Source: TPA_inf: Saccharomyces
Lineage: Eukaryota
DNA length: 64,000 nucleotides
Direction of reading: 5' to 3'
Assembly: GCA_000146045.2 (NCBI GenBank)
Contig: BK006946.2
Location: forward strand, 672,001 to 736,000
Shown here: positions 11,101-21,043 of the stretch, in pieces
How the letters are laid out: each line of letters begins with the position of its first letter
Position numbering within the stretch: the first letter of the stretch is position 1
Notes under the pieces: generated by a model
Seen by the model: only the letters and a program-made list of their open reading frames with translations
What the model was told of the DNA's origin: nothing
Databases searched by the model: none
Made by a program: the position numbers and the translations under genes

Positions 11101-12014
11101 CTTACATATACATCATCCGGCACAGATACAAAGTTCGTCTTGTTATCGATATGGATAGTGTCTATATGTGAACCAGACCAAGGGATACACGGGATTTTAG
11201 CGCTTTGTGCTACAATAGTGGAAGAAATCTTGTCACCCAATGATCTCATAGCGCGTCCAGGAGGACCAATGAATAGTATTTTCCTTTGTGAACTAGCTAA
11301 CAGCTCAGGAAGACACGGATTTTCAGAAGCATGGCCCCATCCAGCCCAGACCGCATCCACATCCGTTTGCTCTGCCACGTCCAGTATTAAGTCTATGTTG
11401 GCGTAATTGTTGTTGTTGGTACCCCCTGGTACCTGCACATATTGGTCTGCCATTCTAATATACTCCGAATTTGCGTGTAAATCATCAGGTGTCGCCATTA
11501 CCACGAATTGAATGATTTTTTCATCATTGAACGTCTCGTACGCCCATTTTCTTATAGATCTCATTTCTTTCACCGCAGCAATACCATTGTTTGCTATTAA
11601 GATCTTTGAAATAACAGTATGTCCACCACGTAAATCAACAAAATCTCTTAATATTGAAGGTTGGGCACTTTCCACAGTATTTAGCCCTATGAACTGGGGC
11701 GGTAATCGAGTATGTTTATGAATATTGCCTCGATCCACATAATTGGAATACCTTCTTCTAGATGGAAAATTCAAACCTATTCGAGATGAATGCCTATACG
11801 AATGGGCAAAAATGCGTTTTCTGTATTCAGGGCGCTGTCCTTTCAACCGTACTATCTGGCTGCCCGTTATATTATAGAATCGATAAGGATCCAAATATAA
11901 CGCGAGCTTGTACTGTCCTATTCGAATGCAAGTAATTGTGAATATGGTAATGTAAAAGTGAGAATGTATCCGGCGAGCCCCCCAGCTTTGGCCGTGTGTA
12001 ATTGTCTTCCCTTT
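5193..12014 (-). CDS. HFA1: Mitochondrial acetyl-CoA carboxylase. The end coordinate is the maximal stop-to-stop frame. The first in-frame ATG is at 11562-11564. The true non-AUG initiation codon lies somewhere in 11565-12014.
   Basis: The long ORF is a paralog of ACC1. It has a biotin carboxylase ATP-grasp region, a biotinylation motif EIMKMQ (Lys codon AAA at 9603-9605 on the minus strand), and carboxyltransferase domains. The 150 codons upstream of the first AUG are open, contain no ATG, and are Arg/Ser/His-rich like a mitochondrial presequence. Near-cognate candidates are TTG at 11892-11894 (the track's start) and ATT at 11934-11936. Confidence 0.9.
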   Translation of the reverse strand, partial: KGKTITHGQSWGARRIHSHFYITIFTITCIRIGQYKLALYLDPYRFYNITGSQIVRLKGQRPEYRKRIFAHSYRHSSRIGLNFPSRRRYSNYVDRGNIHKHTRLPPQFIGLNTVESAQPSILRDFVDLRGGHTVISKILIANNGIAAVKEMRSIRKWAYETFNDEKIIQFVVMATPDDLHANSEYIRMADQYVQVPGGTNNNNYANIDLILDVAEQTDVDAVWAGWGHASENPCLPELLASSQRKILFIGPPGRAMRSLGDKISSTIVAQSAKIPCIPWSGSHIDTIHIDNKTNFVSVPDDVYVRGCCSSPEDALEKAKLIGFPVMIKASEGGGGKGIRRVDNEDDFIALYRQAVNETPGSPMFVMKVVTDARHLEVQLLADQYGTNITLFGRDCSIQRRHQKIIEEAPVTITKPETFQRMERAAIRLGELVGYVSAGTVEYLYSPKDDKFYFLELNPRLQVEHPTTEMISGVNLPATQLQIAMGIPMHMISDIRKLYGLDPTGTSYIDFKNLKRPSPKGHCISCRITSEDPNEGFKPSTGKIHELNFRSSSNVWGYFSVGNNGAIHSFSDSQFGHIFAVGNDRQDAKQNMVLALKDFSIRGEFKTPIEYLIELLETRDFESNNISTGWLDDLILKNLSSDSKLDPTLAIICGAAMKAYVFTEKVRNKYLELLRRGQVPPKDFLKTKFPVDFIFDNNRYLFNVAQSSEEQFILSINKSQCEVNVQKLSSDCLLISVDGKCHTVYWKDDIRGTRLSIDSNTIFLEAELNPTQVISPTPGKLVKYLVRSGDHVFAGQQYAEIEIMKMQMPLVAKSDGVIELLRQPGSIIEAGDVIAKLTLDSPSKANESSLYRGELPVLGPPLIEGSRPNHKLRVLINRLENILNGYHENSGIETTLKELIKILRDGRLPYSEWDSQISTVRNRLPRQLNEGLGNLVKKSVSFPAKELHKLMKRYLEENTNDHVVYVALQPLLKISERYSEGLANHECEIFLKLIKKYYAVEKIFENHDIHEERNLLNLRRKDLTNLKKILCISLSHANVVAKNKLVTAILHEYEPLCQDSSKMSLKFRAVIHDLASLESKWAKEVAVKARSVLLRGIFPPIKKRKEHIKTLLQLHIKDTGAENIHSRNIYSCMRDFGNLIHSNLIQLQDLFFFFGHQDTALSSIASEIYARYAYGNYQLKSIKIHKGAPDLLMSWQFSSLRNYLVNSDGESDEFTKLSKPPSTSGKSSANSFGLLVNMRALESLEKTLDEVYEQIHIPEERLSSGENSLIVNILSPIRYRSENDLIKTLKIKLHENERGLSKLKVNRITFAFIAANAPAVKFYSFDGTTYDEISQIRNMDPSYEAPLELGKMSNYKIRSLPTYDSSIRIFEGISKFTPLDKRFFVRKIINSFMYNDQKTTEENLKAEINAQVVYMLEHLGAVDISNSDLNHIFLSFNTVLNIPVHRLEEIVSTILKTHETRLFQERITDVEICISVECLETKKPAPLRLLISNKSGYVVKIETYYEKIGKNGNLILEPCSEQSHYSQKSLSLPYSVKDWLQPKRYKAQFMGTTYVYDFPGLFHQAAIQQWKRYFPKHKLNDSFFSWVELIEQNGNLIKVNREPGLNNIGMVAFEIMVQTPEYPEGRNMIVISNDITYNIGSFGPREDLFFDRVTNYARERGIPRIYLAANSGAKLGIAEELIPLFRVAWNDPSDPTKGFQYLYLAPKDMQLLKDSGKGNSVVVEHKMVYGEERYIIKAIVGFEEGLGVECLQGSGLIAGATSKAYRDIFTITAVTCRSVGIGSYLVRLGQRTIQVEDKPIILTGASAINKVLGTDIYTSNLQIGGTQIMYKNGIAHLTASNDMKAIEKIMTWLSYVPAKRDMSPPLLETMDRWDRDVDFKPAKQVPYEARWLIEGKWDSNNNFQSGLFDKDSFFETLSGWAKGVIVGRARLGGIPVGVIAVETKTIEEIIPADPANLDSSEFSVKEAGQVWYPNSAFKTAQTINDFNYGEQLPLIILANWRGFSGGQRDMYNEVLKYGSFIVDALVDYKQPILIYIPPFGELRGGSWVVIDPTINPEQMEMYADVESRGGVLEPDGVVSIKYRKEKMIETMIRLDSTYGHLRRTLTEKKLSLEKQNDLTKRLKIRERQLIPIYNQISIQFADLHDRSTRMLVKGVIRNELEWKKSRRFLYWRLRRRLNEGQVIKRLQKKTCDNKTKMKYDDLLKIVQSWYNDLDVNDDRAVVEFIERNSKKIDKNIEEFEISLLIDELKKKFEDRRGNIVLEELTRLVDSKRKR

Positions 12015-12466
12015 CTACCCAAGATGACTTCTTCTTTATCATTCTTCATTATTCATCTTTTCTTGTCATCTGCCGCCCACCCATTTTAGTTACCCTAACG
12101 GAAACATTGATGAATGATGCTATTATTACTGTCATAAGCAATAAAAAGAGAGGTTCCTACTACTTCTCCCGTGGAAAGCTAGCGATAGCCTTGTACTCTA
12201 TCTCACTTTCAGAATGCGTACACATTTATGTTTAAAGAGGCGTTTTGTGCTAGTTTTGTCTCAACGTGTATTTTATCGGTTGTAATTGTACTGACAATTT
12301 TCGGGCCTCGTTTGGCTGTCGCACTGAAATCTTCGACAGGGTATCGAAGAACGATACAACGATATGCCTATAAAGGTTAGTTAGCCATGATATTACTTCC
12401 TGGTTAGCTGGTGCGCTTCTTAGTCCTAACTTGCAAATTTATATCTACGTATAGAAAACTGTCAAT

Positions 12467-13798
12467 ATGTCATTACCGTTCTTAACTTCTGCACCGGGAA
12501 AGGTTATTATTTTTGGTGAACACTCTGCTGTGTACAACAAGCCTGCCGTCGCTGCTAGTGTGTCTGCGTTGAGAACCTACCTGCTAATAAGCGAGTCATC
12601 TGCACCAGATACTATTGAATTGGACTTCCCGGACATTAGCTTTAATCATAAGTGGTCCATCAATGATTTCAATGCCATCACCGAGGATCAAGTAAACTCC
12701 CAAAAATTGGCCAAGGCTCAACAAGCCACCGATGGCTTGTCTCAGGAACTCGTTAGTCTTTTGGATCCGTTGTTAGCTCAACTATCCGAATCCTTCCACT
12801 ACCATGCAGCGTTTTGTTTCCTGTATATGTTTGTTTGCCTATGCCCCCATGCCAAGAATATTAAGTTTTCTTTAAAGTCTACTTTACCCATCGGTGCTGG
12901 GTTGGGCTCAAGCGCCTCTATTTCTGTATCACTGGCCTTAGCTATGGCCTACTTGGGGGGGTTAATAGGATCTAATGACTTGGAAAAGCTGTCAGAAAAC
13001 GATAAGCATATAGTGAATCAATGGGCCTTCATAGGTGAAAAGTGTATTCACGGTACCCCTTCAGGAATAGATAACGCTGTGGCCACTTATGGTAATGCCC
13101 TGCTATTTGAAAAAGACTCACATAATGGAACAATAAACACAAACAATTTTAAGTTCTTAGATGATTTCCCAGCCATTCCAATGATCCTAACCTATACTAG
13201 AATTCCAAGGTCTACAAAAGATCTTGTTGCTCGCGTTCGTGTGTTGGTCACCGAGAAATTTCCTGAAGTTATGAAGCCAATTCTAGATGCCATGGGTGAA
13301 TGTGCCCTACAAGGCTTAGAGATCATGACTAAGTTAAGTAAATGTAAAGGCACCGATGACGAGGCTGTAGAAACTAATAATGAACTGTATGAACAACTAT
13401 TGGAATTGATAAGAATAAATCATGGACTGCTTGTCTCAATCGGTGTTTCTCATCCTGGATTAGAACTTATTAAAAATCTGAGCGATGATTTGAGAATTGG
13501 CTCCACAAAACTTACCGGTGCTGGTGGCGGCGGTTGCTCTTTGACTTTGTTACGAAGAGACATTACTCAAGAGCAAATTGACAGCTTCAAAAAGAAATTG
13601 CAAGATGATTTTAGTTACGAGACATTTGAAACAGACTTGGGTGGGACTGGCTGCTGTTTGTTAAGCGCAAAAAATTTGAATAAAGATCTTAAAATCAAAT
13701 CCCTAGTATTCCAATTATTTGAAAATAAAACTACCACAAAGCAACAAATTGACGATCTATTATTGCCAGGAAACACGAATTTACCATGGACTTCATAA
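12467..13798 (+). CDS. ERG12: Mevalonate kinase (GHMP kinase family), 443 aa
   Basis: The ORF starts at a true ATG. The N-terminus is MSLPFLTSAPGKVIIFGEHSAV. It carries the GHMP ATP-binding motif PIGAGLGSSAS. Confidence 0.97.
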   Translation: MSLPFLTSAPGKVIIFGEHSAVYNKPAVAASVSALRTYLLISESSAPDTIELDFPDISFNHKWSINDFNAITEDQVNSQKLAKAQQATDGLSQELVSLLDPLLAQLSESFHYHAAFCFLYMFVCLCPHAKNIKFSLKSTLPIGAGLGSSASISVSLALAMAYLGGLIGSNDLEKLSENDKHIVNQWAFIGEKCIHGTPSGIDNAVATYGNALLFEKDSHNGTINTNNFKFLDDFPAIPMILTYTRIPRSTKDLVARVRVLVTEKFPEVMKPILDAMGECALQGLEIMTKLSKCKGTDDEAVETNNELYEQLLELIRINHGLLVSIGVSHPGLELIKNLSDDLRIGSTKLTGAGGGGCSLTLLRRDITQEQIDSFKKKLQDDFSYETFETDLGGTGCCLLSAKNLNKDLKIKSLVFQLFENKTTTKQQIDDLLLPGNTNLPWTS

Positions 13799-13910
13799 GC
13801 TAATTTGCGATAGGCATTATTTATTAGTTGTTTTTAATCTTAACTGTGTATGAAGTTTTATGTAATAAAGATAGAAAGAGAAACAAAAAAAAATTTTTCG
13901 TAGTATCAAT

Positions 13911-15284
13911 TCAGCTTTCGAAGACAGAATGAAATTTAAGCAGACCATAGTATCCTTGATACATTGACTCATAATCAGTTAAATAGCCATTCAATCCCTT
14001 TGAGCTATCAACTTCATATTCCTCCACAAGGTCCTTCCACCCGCGAATTTTACGCAGCCGACTTAATTCATCTCCTGTAAATTGGACCAAGGGTTTGGTG
14101 CCATACTTTAATGGACCTACATTGACCCAATGCAGCTCTTTACAGTATTTCTTTAGTGCTTCAATACTGGATAGATATTCAAACATATTTTCCGCGGTAT
14201 CTATGAAATATGCGCTACAAATGATAATTTTATCATAGTCTTTGGAAATGGGAGAATATCGTGTGAAGTCCCCCCATAGTGGGTCCAGATTACTGCGGTG
14301 GCCAACTTTGCTCAAATCTGCCGATAAACTTCTCAACTGATTATCAAACACTGTCTGGCATGAATATTGTTGTACAAAAGGACGTATCTTAACGTCATGC
14401 TTATATTCGAGTGCAAATAGGTTACATATGTACATCAAGGCTGATAATTCGATGGAGTCCACCTGTATTTTGGGGAAAGTGGTGGCAAGAGTATGGGATA
14501 GGCCACCCACACCAGCCCCTGGGGTCACGATAAGAATTTTCTCTTTCATGTCCCCGGCACTAATCACATGATGGTTGATTCTACTAATGATAAAATTTTG
14601 TAAAGGATCTCTTTCCACACTATAGTAAGAGCTGAAATCACGACACAAATGTGCTAATGCTTCATGGACCACACTTTGGCTGCCTCGAGACGAAACTATT
14701 GGAAATACGAAGTCAGGATTCAATTGAATAAGGTGACCATCTTTAATCTTATAGCCGTGTTCCGCGCATATCTTTTCAATTTCCTCTGTAAATTCTTCAT
14801 CGTGTTCGTTGGAATGAATCAATTTCCCTAAAGTGAACTCAATTATCTTGTCAATAACTCTTGCGTTTTCTCGGATACCCTCATTATTTTTCATTAATTT
14901 GGTGAAGTAGCCTAATTTTTGCAACTGATCTTCTGAAATTCCATTTAATTGTCTTGCTCTCCGAAATAAAAGGCCATTATAGCCTTCTCCTCTTGCTCGA
15001 TACTCATGTAAACGGATTAAATTCCCCGTAAGATCAGGAAGAGTGGGAATCTGATAATTAATTTTAGAAAGATTCGATTGATCGGCAGATATTGATTTCT
15101 CAACATCAACCAATTTTAAGGAGGGCGATAAAACGCTGACTTTTTGGGCCAGATTTGATTTTCTTGATAATAGCTTTTCAACATATGATACAAACCACCT
15201 CTGCAACGGCTTATTTTGCCTTAGCAGTGTCATCAGGACTACCACAAGGGCTAGAATTATATTTGATGCCAGTGAGCTAACCAT
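13911..15284 (-). CDS. YMR209C: Putative SAM-dependent methyltransferase-like protein with an N-terminal transmembrane segment, 457 aa
   Basis: 457-aa ORF with a hydrophobic N-terminus (LALVVVLMTLL) and a GAGVGG nucleotide-binding-like motif. Confidence 0.85.
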   Translation of the reverse strand: MVSSLASNIILALVVVLMTLLRQNKPLQRWFVSYVEKLLSRKSNLAQKVSVLSPSLKLVDVEKSISADQSNLSKINYQIPTLPDLTGNLIRLHEYRARGEGYNGLLFRRARQLNGISEDQLQKLGYFTKLMKNNEGIRENARVIDKIIEFTLGKLIHSNEHDEEFTEEIEKICAEHGYKIKDGHLIQLNPDFVFPIVSSRGSQSVVHEALAHLCRDFSSYYSVERDPLQNFIISRINHHVISAGDMKEKILIVTPGAGVGGLSHTLATTFPKIQVDSIELSALMYICNLFALEYKHDVKIRPFVQQYSCQTVFDNQLRSLSADLSKVGHRSNLDPLWGDFTRYSPISKDYDKIIICSAYFIDTAENMFEYLSSIEALKKYCKELHWVNVGPLKYGTKPLVQFTGDELSRLRKIRGWKDLVEEYEVDSSKGLNGYLTDYESMYQGYYGLLKFHSVFES

Positions 15285-15515
15285 TGGCGCTCCTCAACTT
15301 CGTATATCAATATTTTTACCTCTTCTATTTCCTGAAAAATTTGTTAATTGTACAGCATCGTTTACGTTTTTTTTTTTTTACGGGTCTTCTTACCTAACCC
15401 CGAAAAGTATTGTGGATCTTAAAAGGGTCTCAATTATTTGAAGTTCGATAAAAACCAACTACTTTGTTATTTTAAAACTGTATTATACAAACGCTGGTAA
15501 ACTTCCAGAGACGAT

Positions 15516-16865
15516 ATGCGTCTAAAAGAATTGTTACCTAATTTTTTGATTGTTCATCAAGAGGTCCCTGAGGATCCTATTGCATTCAAGTCCACCGATA
15601 AACGAGAGAATGAAAATAAAGAGATCACCATCCCTGAGCTAATAGATACTAAAGTTCCTGAATTAGCTGACGGTGCTACTGACACTTTATATGGTTTACT
15701 GGTCAATGGCCATTTACAAACTGCATATGGTTCCTTTAGACACTTTGACAATATATACAAAGTTCAATATAAAAGAATGATAATCAAATACCCACATGGG
15801 GGAGAAGGGACTGTGGATTTTGCTGTAAATGGTAGAAGTACCAAAAGAAGAAAAGTGGAAAAAGAATACGTGCCGACAAGTCAACCGGTATTTAACGGAA
15901 ACTTGAAACGAAGATATTCGTACTATTCCCCTGATGATCCTAAATTGAACTCAGACGATGCTAAGCCTATGCTTATTATTCTCCATGGATTAACAGGGGG
16001 TTCGAGGGAAAGCTACGTGAGGGCAATTGTTCATGAAATCACCACGAAGTATGACTTTGAAGCATGCGTGTTTAATGCTAGAGGATGTTGTTATTCTGCA
16101 ATTACAACGCCGCTATTATACAACGGTGGTTGGACCAATGATATAAGATATTGTGTTAATGACTTGAGGAAAAGATTTCCGAATAGAAAGTTTTATATGA
16201 TGGGATTTTCGTTAGGCGCATCTATAATGACAAATTACTTGGGAGAAGAGTCAGATCGTACTAAAATCGAATGTGCTATTTCCGTGAGTAATCCATTTGA
16301 CCTGTACAACTCTGCATATTTTATTAACAGTACACCAATGGGGTCACGATTTTATTCACCTGCTTTGGGTCACAACTTACTACGCATGGTTCGAAACCAT
16401 CTCTCTACTCTGGAAGAAAACCCTGATTTCAAAGATGTTATCGAGAAGCATTTAAAAAAGATTCGCACTGTGAGGCAATTTGATAACTTGTTGACAGGCC
16501 CAATGTTTGGATATAAAAATGCAGAGGAGTATTACAAGAATGCTTCATCATATAAAAGAATACCCGGGATCAGAACTCCTTTTATAGCTTTGCATGCTCA
16601 GGATGACCCAATTGTCGGAGGTGATCTTCCTATAGACCAAATAAAATCCAATCCATACACTTTGCTTCTAGAAACTTCGACGGGGGGGCATGTTGGATGG
16701 TTCAAAGACAGATCCGGCAGAAGGTGGTACGCAGAACCCTTATGCAGATTTTTGAAAATATTTCACGACGAAATTACTGTAAAGGGCTTAAAACCTGACT
16801 TGGAAAATGTTCAACTCCCAGATCCTAATTGCGAACCCATAGCCACAACCTTTCGCGCGAATTAG
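15516..16865 (+). CDS. MGL2: Alpha/beta-hydrolase acyltransferase / monoacylglycerol lipase (Eht1/Eeb1 family), 449 aa
   Basis: 449-aa ORF. It has an HGLTGGS oxyanion-hole region, a GFSLGA (GXSXG) nucleophile elbow, and a distal catalytic Asp/His typical of the family. Confidence 0.88.
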   Translation: MRLKELLPNFLIVHQEVPEDPIAFKSTDKRENENKEITIPELIDTKVPELADGATDTLYGLLVNGHLQTAYGSFRHFDNIYKVQYKRMIIKYPHGGEGTVDFAVNGRSTKRRKVEKEYVPTSQPVFNGNLKRRYSYYSPDDPKLNSDDAKPMLIILHGLTGGSRESYVRAIVHEITTKYDFEACVFNARGCCYSAITTPLLYNGGWTNDIRYCVNDLRKRFPNRKFYMMGFSLGASIMTNYLGEESDRTKIECAISVSNPFDLYNSAYFINSTPMGSRFYSPALGHNLLRMVRNHLSTLEENPDFKDVIEKHLKKIRTVRQFDNLLTGPMFGYKNAEEYYKNASSYKRIPGIRTPFIALHAQDDPIVGGDLPIDQIKSNPYTLLLETSTGGHVGWFKDRSGRRWYAEPLCRFLKIFHDEITVKGLKPDLENVQLPDPNCEPIATTFRAN

Positions 16866-17082
16866 TTTGTAAATAAGTCAACTTTTTAGATGTGTAACCT
16901 GATAATTTTTTTTTTTGATGTTCGACATCATTATTTCTGAATGAAAACGTGAAAAGCTTCGCCAAACTTAAAATGGAAAATTTCGAATGGAACAAAATAT
17001 AATCGATGCGATGAATTAAAACCTTGGAAGAAGAGGGTTAATTGTTAAAATTACATATATAATTGGCAGACAAGAATAAAAA

Positions 17083-18510
17083 ATGCATGAAGTAGTAACG
17101 ATATCGGTTTCGCAGAGAGCAAACCATTTGACTACTCAATTCTTCAATATACAAGAGGGCTATTTACAATTGTCTAAAGAACAACAAGTCAATGACTCCA
17201 AAATTTTTCTGAATTCGGTTGTAGATAAAGTTTCAAAAACAATTTCATATGCACCACGTGCCTTACTTTGGGATGCCCGTACAGGTAATGGTTCACTAGG
17301 AACATATCAATATTCAGAAAGCCAAGACTATCATTTCGGCAATGAAGACAAATTCAAGGAGCAAACAGTTATAAAGACTCATCCAAGAATACCTAAATCC
17401 GAATATCAGAGTTCTCTAGATGCAGGAGCACCGCTGCCTTGTTTGAACAGAGAAAATACGATGTATTGGTCTGACTATTCTAAACTTATCTATGGTCCTT
17501 CAAGTTTCAATATTTTGAGAAATTGGTACCATGACACTGAAAATCCAAACCAACCTGACTTTCAAAACTTGGGGGAGCGAAAGTTTGACAGGTATTCCAT
17601 TGGTTATGACGAATTTACCGAAAATTACTTGCAAGAGTTTTTTGATGGAAATTTGCATAGAGAATTGGAAAAATGTGACACCCTGCAAGGCTTCAATCTT
17701 GTAAGTGATATGGAGAGTGGATGGGGCGGGTTTTCTAGTGCTCTACTGGTGGAATTAAGGAATGAATTACCTAAAAAGGCGGTCTTTTCATGGGGACACA
17801 ATGAAGATGATCCATTCACAGATGACTTCCCTATGAAAAGACTTTCAAAGAAATGGCTCCCGATCATTTCGAACAAATTAAGAAGCACAATAAATATGAT
17901 GCAAGAATCCGATCTTTACTTCCCATTGTATGCTGCTCCTGGACTAACTAATTGGGAAACTGCTGGAAAGAGCTGTAGGATATTTGATTCTATAAATGCG
18001 ACAATTTCCCAAAGCAATCTTGAACAAAGAAAGACAATGGATTATCTAACAACTGCCATTACCTTAGGATATTCGTCGCGAAATATGGTCACTGGCATGG
18101 TTATCGGTGACACCGATTACTCATTCTGTTCTCGAGTACTTCCTTTCAAGAATAGCCACAAACCAAATTCTACTCACATATTTTCAAAAAGTTTCATTGA
18201 TAGAGGAAATCAAACGCATAAACATCATTCCGAACCTGATTCACGGAGTAAGATGATTGAAATGTATACACACAGGTATTTTCCATCTGATACGATACCG
18301 ACAGAATTTTCCAATGATCGTGAATTTGTTTTGGAATTAGAATCATCTGAAAAAAATCGAGATATATTCAAACATTGGAATGAGTTTGTGGTAAGGTACT
18401 TCAAAAATGATAGTGACAGAGAAGAATTGAAAAATGAACTTTCCGATTACGCCTCAGCGTACGAATCTGGGTGGTATGAAGACGAAGATTCTGGTGATGA
18501 CGATATGTGA
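17083..18510 (+). CDS. DML1: Misato/DML1 tubulin-FtsZ-like protein, 475 aa
   Basis: 475-aa ORF with an acidic C-terminal tail ([10 protein letters not shown]). Its length and sequence match my recollection of DML1. Confidence 0.9.
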
Positions 18511-18694
18511 TAAGCAGTTTGCAGCTACGTATTTCCTTTCTCCAGTTGAGGCAAACAGGACTTCTTCCATCTTTTTCGAAGTTTTTACTTCGCCATTTGA
18601 TCTATATCTACGTAAATTACATTAATTAGAAAGTCATGCTATATCACTCTTGCCCTTGAAAGCATCCACAGCTGTCCGTCAAAAACTTAATTTC

Positions 18695-21043
18695 TCAAGT
18701 GGAGGAGAAAATTTTACCTCTTGAACTTAAAGAATGTAAATCTTCATTTGCGTCTTTAAAGTCATCGTTTTGATTTTCACCAGTTGCTGTTTTTTGCAAA
18801 AAGGATTTTCTATTTCCAATGCTACTGCGATCAGAAAGACTAGATATTGGTGCAAGTCGCAGAGAATTTGATCTAGCAACGTCGATTTTATCCAAGCCAA
18901 CAATATTCTCCTCATCAGGATCTTTGATTTTATTCGCGTCATCTGAAAAAGTTTTCAATTCATTTAATAAAAATGTGATATTAGTGACACGAGATTTCAC
19001 TGATTGAGAACCCCGAAAAGAGCCATCTCTTTTCATATTATTTGGAATATTCTTTTCATTCATAGTTTTTTTCAAATCGCTAACTTTTGGTGCGGTGGCT
19101 CTCATTGTTTTCCATGATCTTGCGTCCTCAGCAACAAACCTATAGATACTACCTTTTGCATTAGCATCAGAAATTACAGTATCGTTAGCTTCTTCTATAT
19201 TGTCATCTATGCTGTTGTCGAATTTATTTTGCTTGGCCGCAAAATCGTTGTTATCATACACTGCTTTCCCATTTGAAAAAATAGCATTAGGGACATTCTT
19301 GTACTCCAGAGGTGTAGTACGAACTTGAGAGTCCGACAGTAAATCAGAAGTAGAAATTTGATTATCACGAGACAATAAAATCTGCGCCCCCTTCTTGCTG
19401 TATTTATTTGATCCAGTATCAGAATAGTATGACAATAAATCTTCCTTGGTAAACAAAGTTCTAGTTTGCATTTTGTACTCAGTTTGTGACTTGTAGTCAT
19501 TGAGTTTTAAAAAGTTAGCTGCTTGTAAATGGTACGAATAATAGGTATACTCAGGCTCAGAAACGTTCTCTAGAAAATAATTCAAACCGGATAATAGTGC
19601 CATTTTTCCATACTTGTCAAAGATCTCTTCCATCATTTCTTTTTGCACACCATGTGAATCCAGTTCACGTAATAATGAGTACAGTTTTGAAAAGAGAATG
19701 CTGCTTGGAACCTCAGTTTCAACAATGTTAAATAAACATATAATGTGGTTTTTCATGTAATGCGCCAAGTCGATGAATAATTCCAAACTGATACTTGGCT
19801 GCGTAATATGTTCAACGAGGAAATCAATATCTTCCACAACTGCATTCTTTTCAACATCCTTGACGGTGTCACTTTTCAATTTCAATAGTAGTTCATATAA
19901 CATATCTGAGGTCTGTTCAGCGTAATAAGTTTTATGGTTAAGGTCTGTCATGGTGATACAAGACTGTGCCACAACTTCTTTATTAGTTGCATTTTTCAAC
20001 TGGAAATTTAAAAGCTTTCTCATTATATCAAGAACACTCAACCCCACTATACTGACATCTGAAACAAGTAATGACGACATCAATTTCAAGGAAACAATTG
20101 GATTTACATTTTTATCCTTGTCGCTTAGTTGTCTGACCAAAAGAAGTATAACAATATATCGTAACTGAACAGGTATACCATTGCATACAAACTCTAGCAG
20201 TTCCTTATTAGGTGTACTTTGCAGACAGCGCAACAGAGTACGAATAGACAAATTCAATTTGTCTGTCTCAGTTGTGTTAAAATAGGATTGCAATGCTTTT
20301 ACTGAAAGGTCATGATTATCTTCGGCGGCCTTATCTAACCCAATTGTACGAGTTTGTGTTCGACTTAGCCTTTTTCCTAAATTGCTCTCCAGAGCTGCTT
20401 CCAGCGACAAAGTTTTAAATTTCGGATTTCTCTCTTGGAACTTTGAAATAGTATAGGCAACAGACTTGGAAACAAAGTGGTTTAGTTGTGGGTTGCTTGA
20501 AACACTATTTGTGTTTGATATATCAATACAGCATTTCAGAAGCATGTCATCATTATGAATTCTTTCAGTAACTATTTTAAAAAAAAGATCAACAAAGTTC
20601 TGGTATAACTGGACGAATTCCATGTCACCGTTACACAAGACGTCGTCCAAGTTCTGGCATATACTACTAAATGCCAGTTCTATTAATTCAACAACAGATA
20701 CATCATTGTTAAAATTGTTGTTGGAAAGAACTTTGTTCATAATGTACAAAAAATCTTTAACAAATACATTCAAATTCTCCTTACAATGCAACACAATTTT
20801 GTTCATTAAATCCAATGTAACGGCTATGTTCCCTATGCGCCGATGGTTCAAGTCGGAAGTGGAACGCTTAATCAGGTAAGTGCTAACTTTCTCCAATTTA
20901 CTACGCCTCGAGTTAACGTAATATAGCAAATATGAAGTTTCCGAAGATTTAGGCTTCTTATCTGTGGTCCTTCCCGTAGGATAACATTGATTGACCAGTT
21001 TCTGATGTTTTGGTGTGAACATCATCCGCATAGACAACTGCAT
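18695..21043 (-). CDS. EFR3: Efr3, plasma-membrane scaffold of the PI4-kinase Stt4 complex, 782 aa
   Basis: 782-aa ORF starting MQLSMRMMFTPKHQKLVNQCYP, with an ARM/HEAT-like helical body. Confidence 0.92.
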   Translation of the reverse strand: MQLSMRMMFTPKHQKLVNQCYPTGRTTDKKPKSSETSYLLYYVNSRRSKLEKVSTYLIKRSTSDLNHRRIGNIAVTLDLMNKIVLHCKENLNVFVKDFLYIMNKVLSNNNFNNDVSVVELIELAFSSICQNLDDVLCNGDMEFVQLYQNFVDLFFKIVTERIHNDDMLLKCCIDISNTNSVSSNPQLNHFVSKSVAYTISKFQERNPKFKTLSLEAALESNLGKRLSRTQTRTIGLDKAAEDNHDLSVKALQSYFNTTETDKLNLSIRTLLRCLQSTPNKELLEFVCNGIPVQLRYIVILLLVRQLSDKDKNVNPIVSLKLMSSLLVSDVSIVGLSVLDIMRKLLNFQLKNATNKEVVAQSCITMTDLNHKTYYAEQTSDMLYELLLKLKSDTVKDVEKNAVVEDIDFLVEHITQPSISLELFIDLAHYMKNHIICLFNIVETEVPSSILFSKLYSLLRELDSHGVQKEMMEEIFDKYGKMALLSGLNYFLENVSEPEYTYYSYHLQAANFLKLNDYKSQTEYKMQTRTLFTKEDLLSYYSDTGSNKYSKKGAQILLSRDNQISTSDLLSDSQVRTTPLEYKNVPNAIFSNGKAVYDNNDFAAKQNKFDNSIDDNIEEANDTVISDANAKGSIYRFVAEDARSWKTMRATAPKVSDLKKTMNEKNIPNNMKRDGSFRGSQSVKSRVTNITFLLNELKTFSDDANKIKDPDEENIVGLDKIDVARSNSLRLAPISSLSDRSSIGNRKSFLQKTATGENQNDDFKDANEDLHSLSSRGKIFSST

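Noticed and set aside
5728-11721. Multiple plus-strand ORFs of 60–166 aa inside HFA1 (for example 6085-6570, 10906-11406), and similar antisense or alternate-frame ORFs inside PFK2, EFR3, CEF1, SKY1, TRS130, ESC1, TAF7 and RRP5
   Set aside because: Each is fully nested in a long, well-supported CDS on the opposite strand or in another frame. Most start at non-ATG codons and have low-complexity composition mirroring the sense-strand codons. They are expected by chance in long ORFs.
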